From assembly GCA_963842525.1 (NCBI GenBank), contig CAWJGT010000019.1:64001-128000 (forward strand): a stretch of DNA of 64,000 nucleotides. Direction: 5' to 3'. Below are positions 29,301 through 38,800 of the stretch, in pieces. The DNA is from an uncultured Holophagales bacterium (GTDB taxonomy: Bacteria > Acidobacteriota > Thermoanaerobaculia > Multivoradales > UBA5704). The notes beneath the pieces were generated by a model. It ran no database searches and had not been told where the DNA came from. It saw only the letters and a program-made list of their open reading frames with translations. The position numbers were made by a program, and so were the translations under genes. How positions within the stretch are numbered: the first letter of the stretch is position 1; every line of letters starts with the position of its first letter.

Positions 29301-29867
29301 GGGCCCTCCCAGCGAACGGGCGACGCCGAAGTCGGTGATCGCGGCCCGGCCCGACTCGTCGAGGAGGACATTGCCCGGCTTGAGGTCGCGGTGCACCACG
29401 CCCGCCTCGTGGGCCGCCGCGAGCCCGGCGGCGATCTGGCGGGCGATGCCGGCCGCCCGCTCCGGGTCCAGGCGCCCCTCCTCGGCGAGCAGATCGCCCA
29501 ACGATCGCCCGGGGACGAAATCCATGGTGAGGAAGACGATCTCGCCGTCCCTTCCCAGGTCGTGGGTGCGGACGACGTTGGGATGGCTCACCTGGCGGGC
29601 GAGCACGATCTCCTGCTTGAAGCGCTCCAACTGGCCCGCGTCGCACCCCAGGTCGGGGCGCAGGACCTTGATCGCGACGGGCAGGCCGAGTTGCTCATCC
29701 AGCGCCCGGTAGACCATGCCCATGCCGCCGACGCCCACCAGCTCGAGGATGCGGTAGCGTCCTGCCACCAGCGCCCCGATCGCGAGCCGCCGGACGGCGT
29801 CGCCGGCGGTCCGGGTCGGCCGCGAGCGCGACGGATATCGGGTCTCGCCGTCGGCGGTCGGATTCAT
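26394..29867 (-). CDS. Membrane Ser/Thr protein kinase with C-terminal TolB-N-like and TPR regions
   Basis: GVGGMG, VAIKVL, HRDLKPGN, DFG, GTLDYLSPE; TM LLLVVVVLLGGW; SVALLPLANESG; many TPR repeats. Confidence 0.93.
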   Translation of the reverse strand: MNPTADGETRYPSRSRPTRTAGDAVRRLAIGALVAGRYRILELVGVGGMGMVYRALDEQLGLPVAIKVLRPDLGCDAGQLERFKQEIVLARQVSHPNVVRTHDLGRDGEIVFLTMDFVPGRSLGDLLAEEGRLDPERAAGIARQIAAGLAAAHEAGVVHRDLKPGNVLLDESGRAAITDFGVARSLGGPGLTLPGVVVGTLDYLSPEQVRGTMVDGRSDLYALGILLYEMLSGRLPFAGGSEAETLAQRLTGSTQNLHTAGVEVSRPLDTVVRWLLQPDPTRRYQSAREVLEDLENLHGVRSLRFPVGRRAALAAGGLLLVVVVLLGGWAVRERVQLAHQASTEKPAAAAPAHSVALLPLANESGREDLAWVASGIPEMLAASLAEQRGLRVLDGQQVFRTLESLKLPPGPRSNAEARRLAELLDADRLVTGRVHAAGGRLRIDLSLIEVDRPGMPARPLSVEIEEREAFRLVDRLGTGLRTWLAVSAAGPELALSRSPEALSAYATGSASLRRGDNLAAVAALERAVASDPEYSAAWVGLARARDALGRRDTAREAARRAVETLGKGESRSAYEARAVEARLFGHPGKAEEILARLVERYPEDVEARVELAEAYGEQGSLDRAIPALEEVVRLAPHHPRAWFLLAKYSIQAGSARRAIDDYLVHALVVQNQLGNDAGRAEAHNAFGVAYRELGELDRAWESYAQAAAIHRRIGDDRGYATTVRNLASIHLVRGEYDKAQRQLEEALALLQRLGDAPGIADLYNDFGYLAEDRGAYEEALGHYQRALRIRRDLGNHLLLAQSSSNVGYACYQLGRYDDALVYWRQGLDLAAKSGDTGGAALATQNLGLLELARGDWGAAGKSFLAALETSRELDLKEAIGSSLGHLGRLAQYQGRPAAALASFAEALAVLRELDDRRGLAEFTLAQAEVEIELGIEKAAGEHLSAAAALLAEGKNLEQQAELARLQGEWHRQKGEPAAARAALHRAVAHAEKSGSVVAFLDAQLSAAQAELAGGQTRTARAEIDRLHAQAEGLGHARLRLRAAEALAQAALAAGDIEQARRAAREGLDEAASCGGYFGAYRLHLLLARAFESSGRQSEAAAERGRAAAEIARVSRELAPEQQKSFQRIAEVRDLVDRNESGRPGAAETGRSGRRGTG

Positions 29868-30818
29868 GGGCCGGCCTCGAGCGGCGGCCGGGCCGTCTGC
29901 AGAGAGCGCTCCAGGACGGCCGCGACCTCCGCGGCGAGCTGGACGCGCAGCCCTGGCTCGACGCCCGGGGCCTCCGCGATCCGCTGGGCAAGCCCCTTTA
30001 GCTCTCCGTCGAGGCGTGCCACCGCGATGGCGAGCCCCGCCTGGGCGGCCAGGGCCGCCAGGATCTCCAGGTCCAGCTCGGTGAACGCTGCTCCCGGCGC
30101 CCGGCTGTCGGCATACATCACTCCGATCAGCCGGTCGAGGGTGCGGACCGGCACGCAGAGGAGCGCTCGGATGCCTCCCAGGAGGACGCTCGCCCGCTCG
30201 CCGAGCTCGGCATCCGAGCGGGCGTCCGTGCTCACCACCGGGCTCCCGCTGGCCAGGACGCGCTGCACGGCGCTGCGGCTGATGGCGCGCTCCTCCGCCT
30301 GGAAGTCCTCCCAGGCCAGCCCCGAGCGCGCCGCCACCTCGAGCTTCTCCTGCCGGCCCCGCCAGCAGCAGGAGGCCGCGCTCGGCGTTCGTCAGCTCGA
30401 GCATCGACGCCACCACCCGCGGCAGCAGCTCGTCCAGGCCCACCCCGGGATCGAGGCCGCGCCGCAGCTCCAGAGAGGTGGTCAGCCGCCGCAGCCGCTC
30501 CTCCTCGATCTTCTCGACCGGGAGCGACAGCCGTTCGAAACAGACGATCAGGCCGCCGAAGCTGATCCAGCTCCGCTTTTGGAGGAGATGTCCATCGACC
30601 GGCATGCCGCCGACGAAGGTGCCGTTCTTACTGCCGGCATCCGTGATCGACCAGCCCGGCCCGTCGGACGCGAGGACGGCGTGGCGCCGGGAGACGCGGT
30701 CGTCGTCCAGCACCACGTCGCAGCCCTCATCCCGGCCGACGACCGTCTCCCGGCCGTCCGGCAACAGACACACCCTCGCCGGTCCGGACGGGAAGTGGAC
30801 GGTCAACCGCGCCGGCAT
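29864..30818 (-). CDS. FHA + GAF domain protein (frameshift near 30345)
   Basis: FHA motifs VGR...VSRRHA...GSKNGT; GAF motifs AERGLLLL / ISRSAVQRV...IRALLCVPV...GVMYADS. Confidence 0.88.
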
Positions 30819-30830
30819 CGTCCCCCCGGA

Positions 30831-31622
30831 TCAGTGGCCGAGCTGGTCCTTCAACACCAGGCTGAAGCGCAACGTCAGGGCGCCTGACTCCAGATACCCG
30901 GCCACATTGTGCCGATCGCCGGCCGCCCGCCATACGTCCGGGATGTCGGTGCCGCTATGCTGCTCGACCACCGCGAGGAAGCCGTCGACCTCCTCGATGG
31001 CGTCCTCGATGGCCCCGAGCGCAACATGGGCGCGCACCGCCGCCAGGCGGTCTTCCAGGTCGTCATACACCGACCCGGGCATCGACCCCTCGTAGCCCTC
31101 CAACACCCCGTCCAGCGCGTCGAGCTTGGTCTGGATCACCTGATCCACCGGCCGCAGGTCGACCGCGATGAGGAACTCCGAGAATCCTCCCTTCATGCCG
31201 CGGGCCCGATAGCTGCCGGACCCCATGTTGGCGGTGATGTCGCTGAAAGACCCGCCGAGAGGAGCGGCAAAGATCCGCAAAGGAGTGGTGGGGGCGTACG
31301 GGAGGAGATGCGTGTGGATGTCGAAGCTCGCGACGCCGCGGAACGACAGGCCACCCCACGCCGGAGGCTCGATGCGCAGGATCACCGGCAAGGCGGCGAT
31401 CCCCGTGCCCGCGGGGAGGCGTGCCCGGAAGGCGGGATCGAGGGGGTTGGCCAATCGGGCCGAGATTCCGAGGCTCAAGAAGTCGAGCCCCGTCACGTTC
31501 TCGAAGCTCAGGCTGAGCTCCGTGGCGAGGCCCGGCAGCGAAACGTTGACGCTGCCCGGCGCGCCCGCGGCGGGCAGAGCCGCCGCCAGGACGAGGACCA
31601 GATAAGAGAGGATCCTTTTCAT
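30831..31622 (-). CDS. Secreted hypothetical protein (DUF6689-like, tentative)
   Basis: Signal peptide; IEPPAWGGLSF, HTHLLPY, FSDIT...GSYRARG...FSEFL, NVAGYL; family name is from memory and needs checking. Confidence 0.6.
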   Translation of the reverse strand: MKRILSYLVLVLAAALPAAGAPGSVNVSLPGLATELSLSFENVTGLDFLSLGISARLANPLDPAFRARLPAGTGIAALPVILRIEPPAWGGLSFRGVASFDIHTHLLPYAPTTPLRIFAAPLGGSFSDITANMGSGSYRARGMKGGFSEFLIAVDLRPVDQVIQTKLDALDGVLEGYEGSMPGSVYDDLEDRLAAVRAHVALGAIEDAIEEVDGFLAVVEQHSGTDIPDVWRAAGDRHNVAGYLESGALTLRFSLVLKDQLGH

Positions 31623-31909
31623 GCTCGTCACCTCCGGACAGGAACTGAATTCCAAGACAGTCTTTAAATACTAGACTCCCTCGACTTTCTTGGTAATCCC
31701 TCATCATGCCACAAAGACGCGCTTCCCCCAAGTCCTTCGCGACAGGAGCGCGGATTGGACGATCGGAGACGGGGGGCAATGAAGGGCAGGAGAGCCCGGA
31801 AGGTCGAGGAGGGAAAAAGTGGAGAGCCGTCGCAGGCTCTTACGAGCGGCTCTCGCAGGAGGCATTACTACGCCCGATTCCAGGGTAGCCAGCCGGGTCA
31901 GGCGCCGAT

Positions 31910-31954
31910 AGGAGGAGAACCCCTCAGGCGGCGTGGGGGAAATCCCTCAGGGCA
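31910..31954. promoter_or_regulatory. Tandem GGR-N4-CCCTCAG sites (copy 2 of a 45-bp repeat)
   Basis: aggaggagaacccctcaggcggcgtgggggaaatccctcagggca; upstream of the kinase operon; a related half-site ggtaatccctca occurs at about 31692. Confidence 0.6.
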
Positions 31955-32281
31955 AGCTCGAATGGTCAAACTATCGATGTGGCCACGACGAGCACGACGA
32001 GAAGGGCAGGAATGAGGCCGCCCGTCCCGTGCTACCATCGCCTCTGGGAGGGTGCGTGGGCGAAGGTCAGAGGAGATCTGACGAAAGCGATATGGACGAC
32101 GGACCTAGTCGAAACGTTCTGAGCGCTCTTTGTGCATCGGCAGCCCCCGTGGCCTGGTCCGCGAGGGGAAGGCGCCGGCTCCTCATCCGGCGGGCCTGAC
32201 GGGGCCCGTCGCATAGCCGTCTCCTGACCCCCGCCGCCGCGCGGGGGTTTCCCCGGCACAGGGGATGACAGGAGGCAGGCG

Positions 32282-33529
32282 ATGCTCTTCCTCACGTCCA
32301 TGATGGACCGGCCGGTCCAGGGGAAGACCGGCGAGGCCCTCGGCAAGCTCGAAGACCTGATCGTCCGCATCGGCGACGAGCAGTATCCGCCCTACCCGCC
32401 GATCACCGGCCTCGTCGTGCGCGACGGCCGCCGCCGCTTCTTCGTCCCGGCGCGGCTCCTCCAGTCGCTGAACGGCACGGTGCGCCTGACCTCCTCCACC
32501 GTCGACCTGCAGCCGTTCGCGCGCCGCCACGGCGAGGTGCTCCTCCGGCGCGACGTGCTCGACCACCAGCTCATCGACGTGACCGGACGGCGCATCGTGC
32601 GGGTCAACGACGTCCAGCTCGCCGGAATCGAAGGGAGCTTCCGCATCGTCGGAGTGGACATCAGCCCGCAGGCGCTGCTGCGCCGCCTTGGGCCGCGCCT
32701 CCTGGCGGGCCGGATCGTCGGCCGCCAGGTCGTCGACTGGACCGGCGTCCAGTACCTGGCGAGCACCGCGCCGGTCCAGCTCAAGGTCTCCTACGACCGC
32801 CTCGCCGAGCTGAACCCGGTGGACCTCGCCCGCATCGTCGACGCGCTGTCCGTCCGCGAGGGCGCCGAGATCGTCGCCGCCCTGGACGAGGAGCGGGCGG
32901 CCGAGACCCTGGAAGAGGTCAGCGACGAGCGCCTGGCCGACCTGCTCGAAGGGATGGACCACGAGCGCGCCGCCGACATCCTGGAGGAGATGGCCCCCGG
33001 CGCTGCCGCCGACGCCCTCGAGGACCTGGACGCCGAGAAGGCCGAGCAGATCCTCGCCAGCATGGAGCCCGAAGAGGCCGCCGACGTCCAGGCCCATCTC
33101 GCCTACGACGAGGACAGCGCCGGCCGCATCATGACCACCGACTTCGTGCGCGTGCCGGTGGATGCCACCGTCGGCCAGGCCCTGTCGATCGTGCGCACCA
33201 TGGAGGAGGTCCCGGACCCGCTCCTCGCCGTCTATGCCGTGGCGGCCGAGAACCCCGACACCCTCCTCGGCATCGTGCGGCTGCGCAGCCTGATCCTCGC
33301 CGATTGGGCCACGCCGATCGCCGACCTGATGGACGAGGACGTGCCGACCGTCCGGCCCGACGACCGCGCCGAGGACGCGGCCCGCGTGCTCGCCGAGTAC
33401 AACCTGCTGGCCGTCCCGGTCCTCGACGAGGCGGAGCGGCTGATCGGCATCGTGACCGTGGACGACGCCCTTGCCGTCCTCCTCCCCGAGGTCTGGCAGC
33501 GCCGCGGGGCGAGGGCCTTCGCCGCGTAG
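32282..33529 (+). CDS. MgtE-like soluble protein (PRC-like + MgtE_N + CBS pair, no membrane domain)
   Basis: DVLDHQLIDVTGRRIVRVNDV, LNPVDLARIV, YDEDSAGRIMTTDFV, YNLLAVPV...GIVTVDDA; ends without TM helices. Confidence 0.85.
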   Translation: MLFLTSMMDRPVQGKTGEALGKLEDLIVRIGDEQYPPYPPITGLVVRDGRRRFFVPARLLQSLNGTVRLTSSTVDLQPFARRHGEVLLRRDVLDHQLIDVTGRRIVRVNDVQLAGIEGSFRIVGVDISPQALLRRLGPRLLAGRIVGRQVVDWTGVQYLASTAPVQLKVSYDRLAELNPVDLARIVDALSVREGAEIVAALDEERAAETLEEVSDERLADLLEGMDHERAADILEEMAPGAAADALEDLDAEKAEQILASMEPEEAADVQAHLAYDEDSAGRIMTTDFVRVPVDATVGQALSIVRTMEEVPDPLLAVYAVAAENPDTLLGIVRLRSLILADWATPIADLMDEDVPTVRPDDRAEDAARVLAEYNLLAVPVLDEAERLIGIVTVDDALAVLLPEVWQRRGARAFAA

Positions 33530-33530
33530 C

Positions 33531-34769
33531 ATGGGCCGGCCCGCGCACCGCCGCCTCTGGCCCTACCTGCTGGCGCTCGGCCCCGGGCTGCTCGCGGCCA
33601 GCGCGGGCAACGACGCCGGCGGCATCGCCACCTATGCATCGGCCGGGGCCTCCTACGGCTATGGCCTGCTCTGGGCTCTGGTCCTCGTCACCGTCTTCGT
33701 CGGCGTGGTCCAGGAGATGAGCGCCCGCATGGGCGCCGTCACCGGCAAGGGCTTCTCCGACCTGATCCGCGAGAGCTTCTCGCTGCGCACCACGGCCCTG
33801 ATCCTGCTGACCCTACTGGTCGCCAACCTGGGGATTATTGCTTCAGAATTCATCGGCATCGCTGCCGCAGCCGAGCTGTTCGGCGTCAGCCGGTACGTGG
33901 CCGTGCCGCTCGCGGCGGTGCTGGTCTGGCTGTTGATCGTCCGCGGCAGCTATGGCTGGGTGGAAAAGGTCTTCCTCGTCCTCTCCCTCGCCTTCCTGGC
34001 CTATGTCGGCGCCGCGTTCCTCGCCCGGCCCGACTGGGGAGAGGTCCTGGCGCAGACCGTGCGCCCTCAGGTGCGGCTGGAGGTCGGCTACCTCTACCTG
34101 CTCATCGCGCTGATCGGCACGACGATCTCCCCCTACATGCAGCTCTACGTGCAGTCCTCCGTGGTGGAGAAGGGGGTCACGCCGGCCGACTACCGCTACA
34201 CGCGCTTCGACGTGATCGCCGGCACCGTCTTCGCGGGCCTCGTGGCCGCCTTCATCATCATCGCCACCGCAGCGACCCTCCATCCGCGCGGGATCCGCAT
34301 CGAGACCGCGGCCGACGCCGCCCTGGCCCTGGAGCCCATCGCGGGACCCTACGCGCGCGTGCTCTTCGCGCTCGGCCTCCTCGGCGCCTCGTTGCTGGCC
34401 GCGGGCGTCCTCCCCCTGGCGACGACCTACATGCTGAGCGAGGCGCTGGGCTTCGAGCGAGGAGTGTCGCGAACCTGGTCCGAAGCCCCGATCTTCATGG
34501 GGATCTTCACCGGTCTGATCGTCCTGGGAGCCGCCGTGGCCCTCCTCCCCGGCCTGCCGCTGGTCCAGGTCCTGATCGGCGTCTACGTCCTGAACGGCGT
34601 CCTGCTGCCCGTCGAGCTCTTCGCCATCCTGCGCCTGATCAACGACCGCGAGCTGATGGGTGCCCACGTCAACCGGCCGCTCCACAACCTCCTCGCCTGG
34701 GGCATCGCGATCCTGGTCAGCGTGCTCTCTCTGGCCCTGATCGTCCTCCATGTGCTCGACTGGCTTTGA
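33531..34769 (+). CDS. NRAMP-related divalent metal (probably Mg2+) transporter
   Basis: GPGLLAASAGNDAGGIATY, QEMSARMGAVTGKG, IGTTISPYMQ; many TM segments. Confidence 0.88.
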   Translation: MGRPAHRRLWPYLLALGPGLLAASAGNDAGGIATYASAGASYGYGLLWALVLVTVFVGVVQEMSARMGAVTGKGFSDLIRESFSLRTTALILLTLLVANLGIIASEFIGIAAAAELFGVSRYVAVPLAAVLVWLLIVRGSYGWVEKVFLVLSLAFLAYVGAAFLARPDWGEVLAQTVRPQVRLEVGYLYLLIALIGTTISPYMQLYVQSSVVEKGVTPADYRYTRFDVIAGTVFAGLVAAFIIIATAATLHPRGIRIETAADAALALEPIAGPYARVLFALGLLGASLLAAGVLPLATTYMLSEALGFERGVSRTWSEAPIFMGIFTGLIVLGAAVALLPGLPLVQVLIGVYVLNGVLLPVELFAILRLINDRELMGAHVNRPLHNLLAWGIAILVSVLSLALIVLHVLDWL

Positions 34770-34855
34770 GATCTGGCCGCGTGCTTCGCGACGGCGGCAA
34801 GGAGCATCTCCCAGTCCTGGAAGGTGCCGTCCTGACTGTTGTGTTTCCTGGGCAT
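34766..34855 (-). pseudogene. N-terminal remnant of a paralogue of 34941..35345
   Basis: MPRKHNSQDGTFQDWEMLLAAV resembles MPNSFNDVTGDWTGLNESV; RBS gaaagga; runs into the convergent NRAMP gene. Confidence 0.4.
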
Positions 34856-34892
34856 GATACGCTTTCCTTTCTCGTTGAAGGTTCCTGGGCTC

Positions 34893-34928
34893 CAAAAAGG
34901 GGAGGCGTGCCGTCAACACGCCCCCCCG
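34893..34928 (-). terminator. Intrinsic terminator
   Basis: ggggaggcgtg-N7-cacgccccccc stem followed by a T-run on the minus strand. Confidence 0.55.
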
Positions 34929-34940
34929 GGGTCTAGGGGA

Positions 34941-35345
34941 CTACGGGACCTGCTGGTCGGGCGGGGAGGCTGTCGTCCCCGAGATGCTCGTCTCGGGAGT
35001 CTCCCCGTCCGGCGGCTTCACCGGCTTGCGCGGGCGCTTGCGGATCGGCGCCACCTTGAACTGCACGAGGCGCTCGTTCTTCGGGCCGATCTTCGCCCGG
35101 ATCATCGAGCGGACCCGGATCGCGACCTCCTTGCCCTGGGTCAACGCCGCGTGAAGCTGCTGCGTGACCTCCTGCCGCAGACCGCGAAGCTCGTCCTGGC
35201 GCGCCTTCAAGGCATGTACTGTCTCCAGCCACTGCACCAGGGTCAGGCGTTCCGTGTCGAGGACGGACTGAAGATCGGGGCTCAGCAGAACCGATTCGTT
35301 CAGCCCCGTCCAGTCGCCGGTGACATCGTTGAACGAGTTAGGCAT
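34941..35345 (-). CDS. Coiled-coil hypothetical protein with basic/Pro-rich tail
   Basis: RBS aggagga; ...LKARQDELRGLRQEVTQQL...GPKNERLVQFKVAPIRKRPRK. Confidence 0.75.
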   Translation of the reverse strand: MPNSFNDVTGDWTGLNESVLLSPDLQSVLDTERLTLVQWLETVHALKARQDELRGLRQEVTQQLHAALTQGKEVAIRVRSMIRAKIGPKNERLVQFKVAPIRKRPRKPVKPPDGETPETSISGTTASPPDQQVP

Positions 35346-35359
35346 GACGTTCCTCCTTT

Positions 35360-35635
35360 CTACGCGGCCCCGGGCGGGCCGCTGGGAAGGTTGATGGTGA
35401 CCGCCATGCCCGAGAGCTCGATCGACACCGGCTGCGACCGGTTGACGGCGAGCTCGTAGACGTAGGCGGTGTCCTCCACCGCCTCGACGGTCTGCGGCGT
35501 CTGGACCCGCTCCGCCTTGAGCCGGAGCTCGAGGCCGTCGGTCAGAACGGTCAGGCTCTCCTGCACCCGTTCCGCCTTCAGCCCCGCTTCGTTCGGGTCC
35601 TGCGACAGGATCGGTACAACATGCTTCGTCTCCAT
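35360..35635 (-). CDS. Small hypothetical protein with duplicated LKAERVQ motif
   Basis: RBS aggaga; LKAERVQ occurs twice, 20 aa apart. Confidence 0.6.
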   Translation of the reverse strand: METKHVVPILSQDPNEAGLKAERVQESLTVLTDGLELRLKAERVQTPQTVEAVEDTAYVYELAVNRSQPVSIELSGMAVTINLPSGPPGAA

Positions 35636-35863
35636 ACAGCTTCTCCTTTCGGACAATCCGGGCCTTCATGGCCACGGAAACCTGGTCCACCGTAACGACA
35701 GCTTCCTCGGGACAGCCATCGATCCACTTACTGTCGGATCGCTGGTCTGGATAGTAGACCAGATAATTTCAGACTGTCAACAGTTTTCTTGGGACGATCT
35801 GAAGAGAAGATCCGAGACGGTTTTTTGCTCGCCGGACGTAGGAGTGAGGCGGAGTTGGCGCTG

Positions 35864-38800
35864 TTATGCGCCAGACAGACCGTAGCGTGCCTGGATTCGC
35901 CGGATCTGGTCCGCTTCCGGAATGCGGAGGCGTTCGGCATCCTGGAGGGCTCTCACGAGTAGCTCGGCCGCCCGCTCGTGGTCGCCCTCCTCACCCCGGT
36001 CGAGGTAGATCGAGGCGATGTTGGCCCAGGTCACCAGACGGCTCCGGACATCGCCGAGTCTTTCGTAGACGGAGAGCTCTTCCTCCCGACGGATCTGCAG
36101 GGCTTCGTTGAGCTGCCCCTGCGTTTGCAGGATTTCGGCGATCCTGCCGAGAGCCGCGGCGCGCGAGCGCACATCGCCGAGCCTTTCGAAAACGGGGAGC
36201 ACTTCCTCCTGACGGATCTTCAGGGCTTCGTCGAACTGACCCCGAGATTGCAGGATGTCGGCGATCTTGCCGAGAGTCACGGCTCGCTCCCGCACGTCGC
36301 CAAGCCTTTCGTAGACCGGGAGCTGCTCCTCCTGGCGGATCTTCAGGGCCTCGTCGAGCTGACCCCGAGATTTCAGGATGTCGGCGATCTTGCCGAGAGT
36401 CACGGCTCGCTCCCGCACGTCACCGAGCCTTTCGAAGACCGGGAGCTCTTCCTCCTGCCGGATCTTCAGCGCCTCATCGAGCTGACCCCGAGACTGCAGG
36501 ATGTCGGCGATCTGGCCGAGAGTCACAGCGCGATTCCGCACGTGGCCGAGCTTTTCGAGGATGGGGAGCACTTCCTCTTGCCAGATCCTCAGGGCCTCGT
36601 CGAGCTGACCCCGGGTTTGCAGAATGTTGGCTGCAAGATTCCGAGCCTGGGCAACCTCACGCTCATCCTCACGCCGGCGGTCAACGTCGGCCTTCTCCTG
36701 GGCCGCAGCGAATGCGCGGTCCATCGCCCCAGCCTGCCTAGAGACCCAGCCGAGGGTCCAGAGAAAAGCCGACCTCTCGTCATCGGACGGTCCCTGTCGC
36801 AAGGCTGCCTCACAGAGCTCGGCCCATGCCCGGAAGGGTCCGTTCATCCAGGCGTACTCCCTCCCGGCCGTCCGTACCCGAGCCCGTTCGGCCGGCGGGA
36901 CGAGAGGCAGCCAGGCGGCCAAAGCCAAGTGCTCGGCATTGACCTCTCCCCAGGCTCGCCCCTGCTCCGTTTCCTGGCCGTGGGGGAGCCGCGGCAGCCG
37001 GGCTACGAACCATTCGGTCATGCGATGCGCTTCCGCACGGTCGCTTCCTTCTCGCAACAGCTCCGCGATCATGGGGTGGATACGCCATGCGCCGTCCGGC
37101 CGCTCGTTGCGAGAGACCGGGAGGAGAAGCGACAGCCGCTGGGCGTGGACTACGAGCTCTTCCATCTCGTCCTCCCCGAGCCCCGCCAGGGCGGCGCCCA
37201 GGCTCCTTCCGAAGCCGGTCAGCGGCGCATGCCCCAGTGCGCGCAGACCGGCGAGGAGATGGCTGGCGGCTTCCCCCAGCTCTGCTGTCAGGATCTCCAG
37301 CGAGATCTCGACGCTCGCCGTGAGAATCGTCCGCGCTTCCTGGGAGCCTTCGGCGACCACTCCGGCGCGGTGGAAGGGTTCCACCCGCAGCCCTTTGACA
37401 TGCAGCTTGCCCAGGAGGCCCGCGGCCGTGCCTCCGTGCCGCAGGTAACCGGCGGCGAGGTGGATTGCCAGCGGGAGCGCGCCGAGAGCCGCGACCAGGT
37501 TGCGGTGCTCCTGGCCCTCCTGCGGCGTAGCGGGCTCGCGTTCGAGCTCGGTCCAGAGCTGCTCCAGGGCCGTTTCTTCCGGAAAAGGTGCGATGCGGAG
37601 CGGACGCCACCCCTCCTCCCAACCCAGATCCTGGAGCCGGCCGGTGATCACCAAGGCGCAACCGCGCAGACCGCGCAGCAGGCGGATCACCTCCCGCTCG
37701 GCGGCCGGGGAGTCGACGTTCTCCACATGGACCAGGGTGCGCGGCTGGAGGAGCCGCTCCCGCAGGGTCGCTTCCAGCTCGGCTTCGCCCGCCCGCAGCT
37801 CCAGCCGGTCGGCAAGTTCCTGGCGCAGGGACTGAACCGCGGCCGGGGCCTGAGGGTCCACCACCAGCCGGACGTAGCCGCCAGGGAACCGGCCGGCGTT
37901 CTCATGGGCGAAGCGGTCCGCCAGATAGGACTTGCCCACTCCGGGCATGCCCTCCACGGCACAGACCGCCACCGGCCGGGCGTCTGCCGATTCGGGTAGC
38001 AGCAGCTCTTCGAGGCGCCCCAGCTCCTCGCGGCGGCCGACGAAGAGCTGCGTCACCCGCTCCGGCACCTCCGGCGGGCCGGTCCGGGGGCGCACCTGCC
38101 AGATCGCCCAGCCGTTCCGGCTCTGGCGGTAAAGGCTCGGATCGTCGAACCAGAAGCCGCTCCGGGGGCTCCAACCGCGGAAGCGCAGAGCTACGCTTTC
38201 CAGCCGGCCGGCGTCGTCGAGGTCCATCTCGAGGCGGTGCAGGCGTTGGGCCACTGGTCGGCCCGCCCTCCTTCGTAGAGACAGCCGGCGGCGGACTGTC
38301 GCAGGCGGCGGTCCGGGTCCGCCCATTCCGAAACCTCCGGCTCGTGGAGATGCCCGCGCAGGATGAGATCGACCCACTCCCCCAGGAGACGCCGGACCTC
38401 CGGCCCATCGGCCAGAGCGCTCAACGGATGGTGCACCAGGGCCAGCCGCAGGCCCGGCAGGTCGCCGTCCGGACCGCTGCACAGACGCCCTACCTGGTCC
38501 TGGGTCAGGAGCACCTTGCCTTCGTCGTTGTCGTCCCCGCACAGCCAGGCCGAATCCAGGCCGATGACGTGGACGTCGAAAGGGAGCCCCGGCAGCCGCA
38601 ACGTCTGGCGGTAGCCGAGATTCGGGTGGAGACCGGGGTCTGGCAAGAGCGCCTCGCGGCCGAGCTCCCCAAGCCATGCCCGGTAATCCGCCTGGCGGGT
38701 GAGGAGACGGTCCCTCTGCGCGTCGCGGAAGCTGCCGTCCTGGTCCTCGCCCATCATCCATCGGGAGAGGTCGAGACGGTCCCGCGAGACCGCCTTGGGG

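Noticed and set aside
26394-30818. Apparent 1474-aa FHA-kinase fusion
   Set aside because: Created by a frameshift near 30345; the GAF half is in another frame with its own stop at 29864, overlapping the kinase ATG.
31960-32180. M-box or yybP-ykoY riboswitch upstream of the MgtE-like gene
   Set aside because: No match to their consensus elements by eye; only the unnamed RBS-proximal structure is reported.
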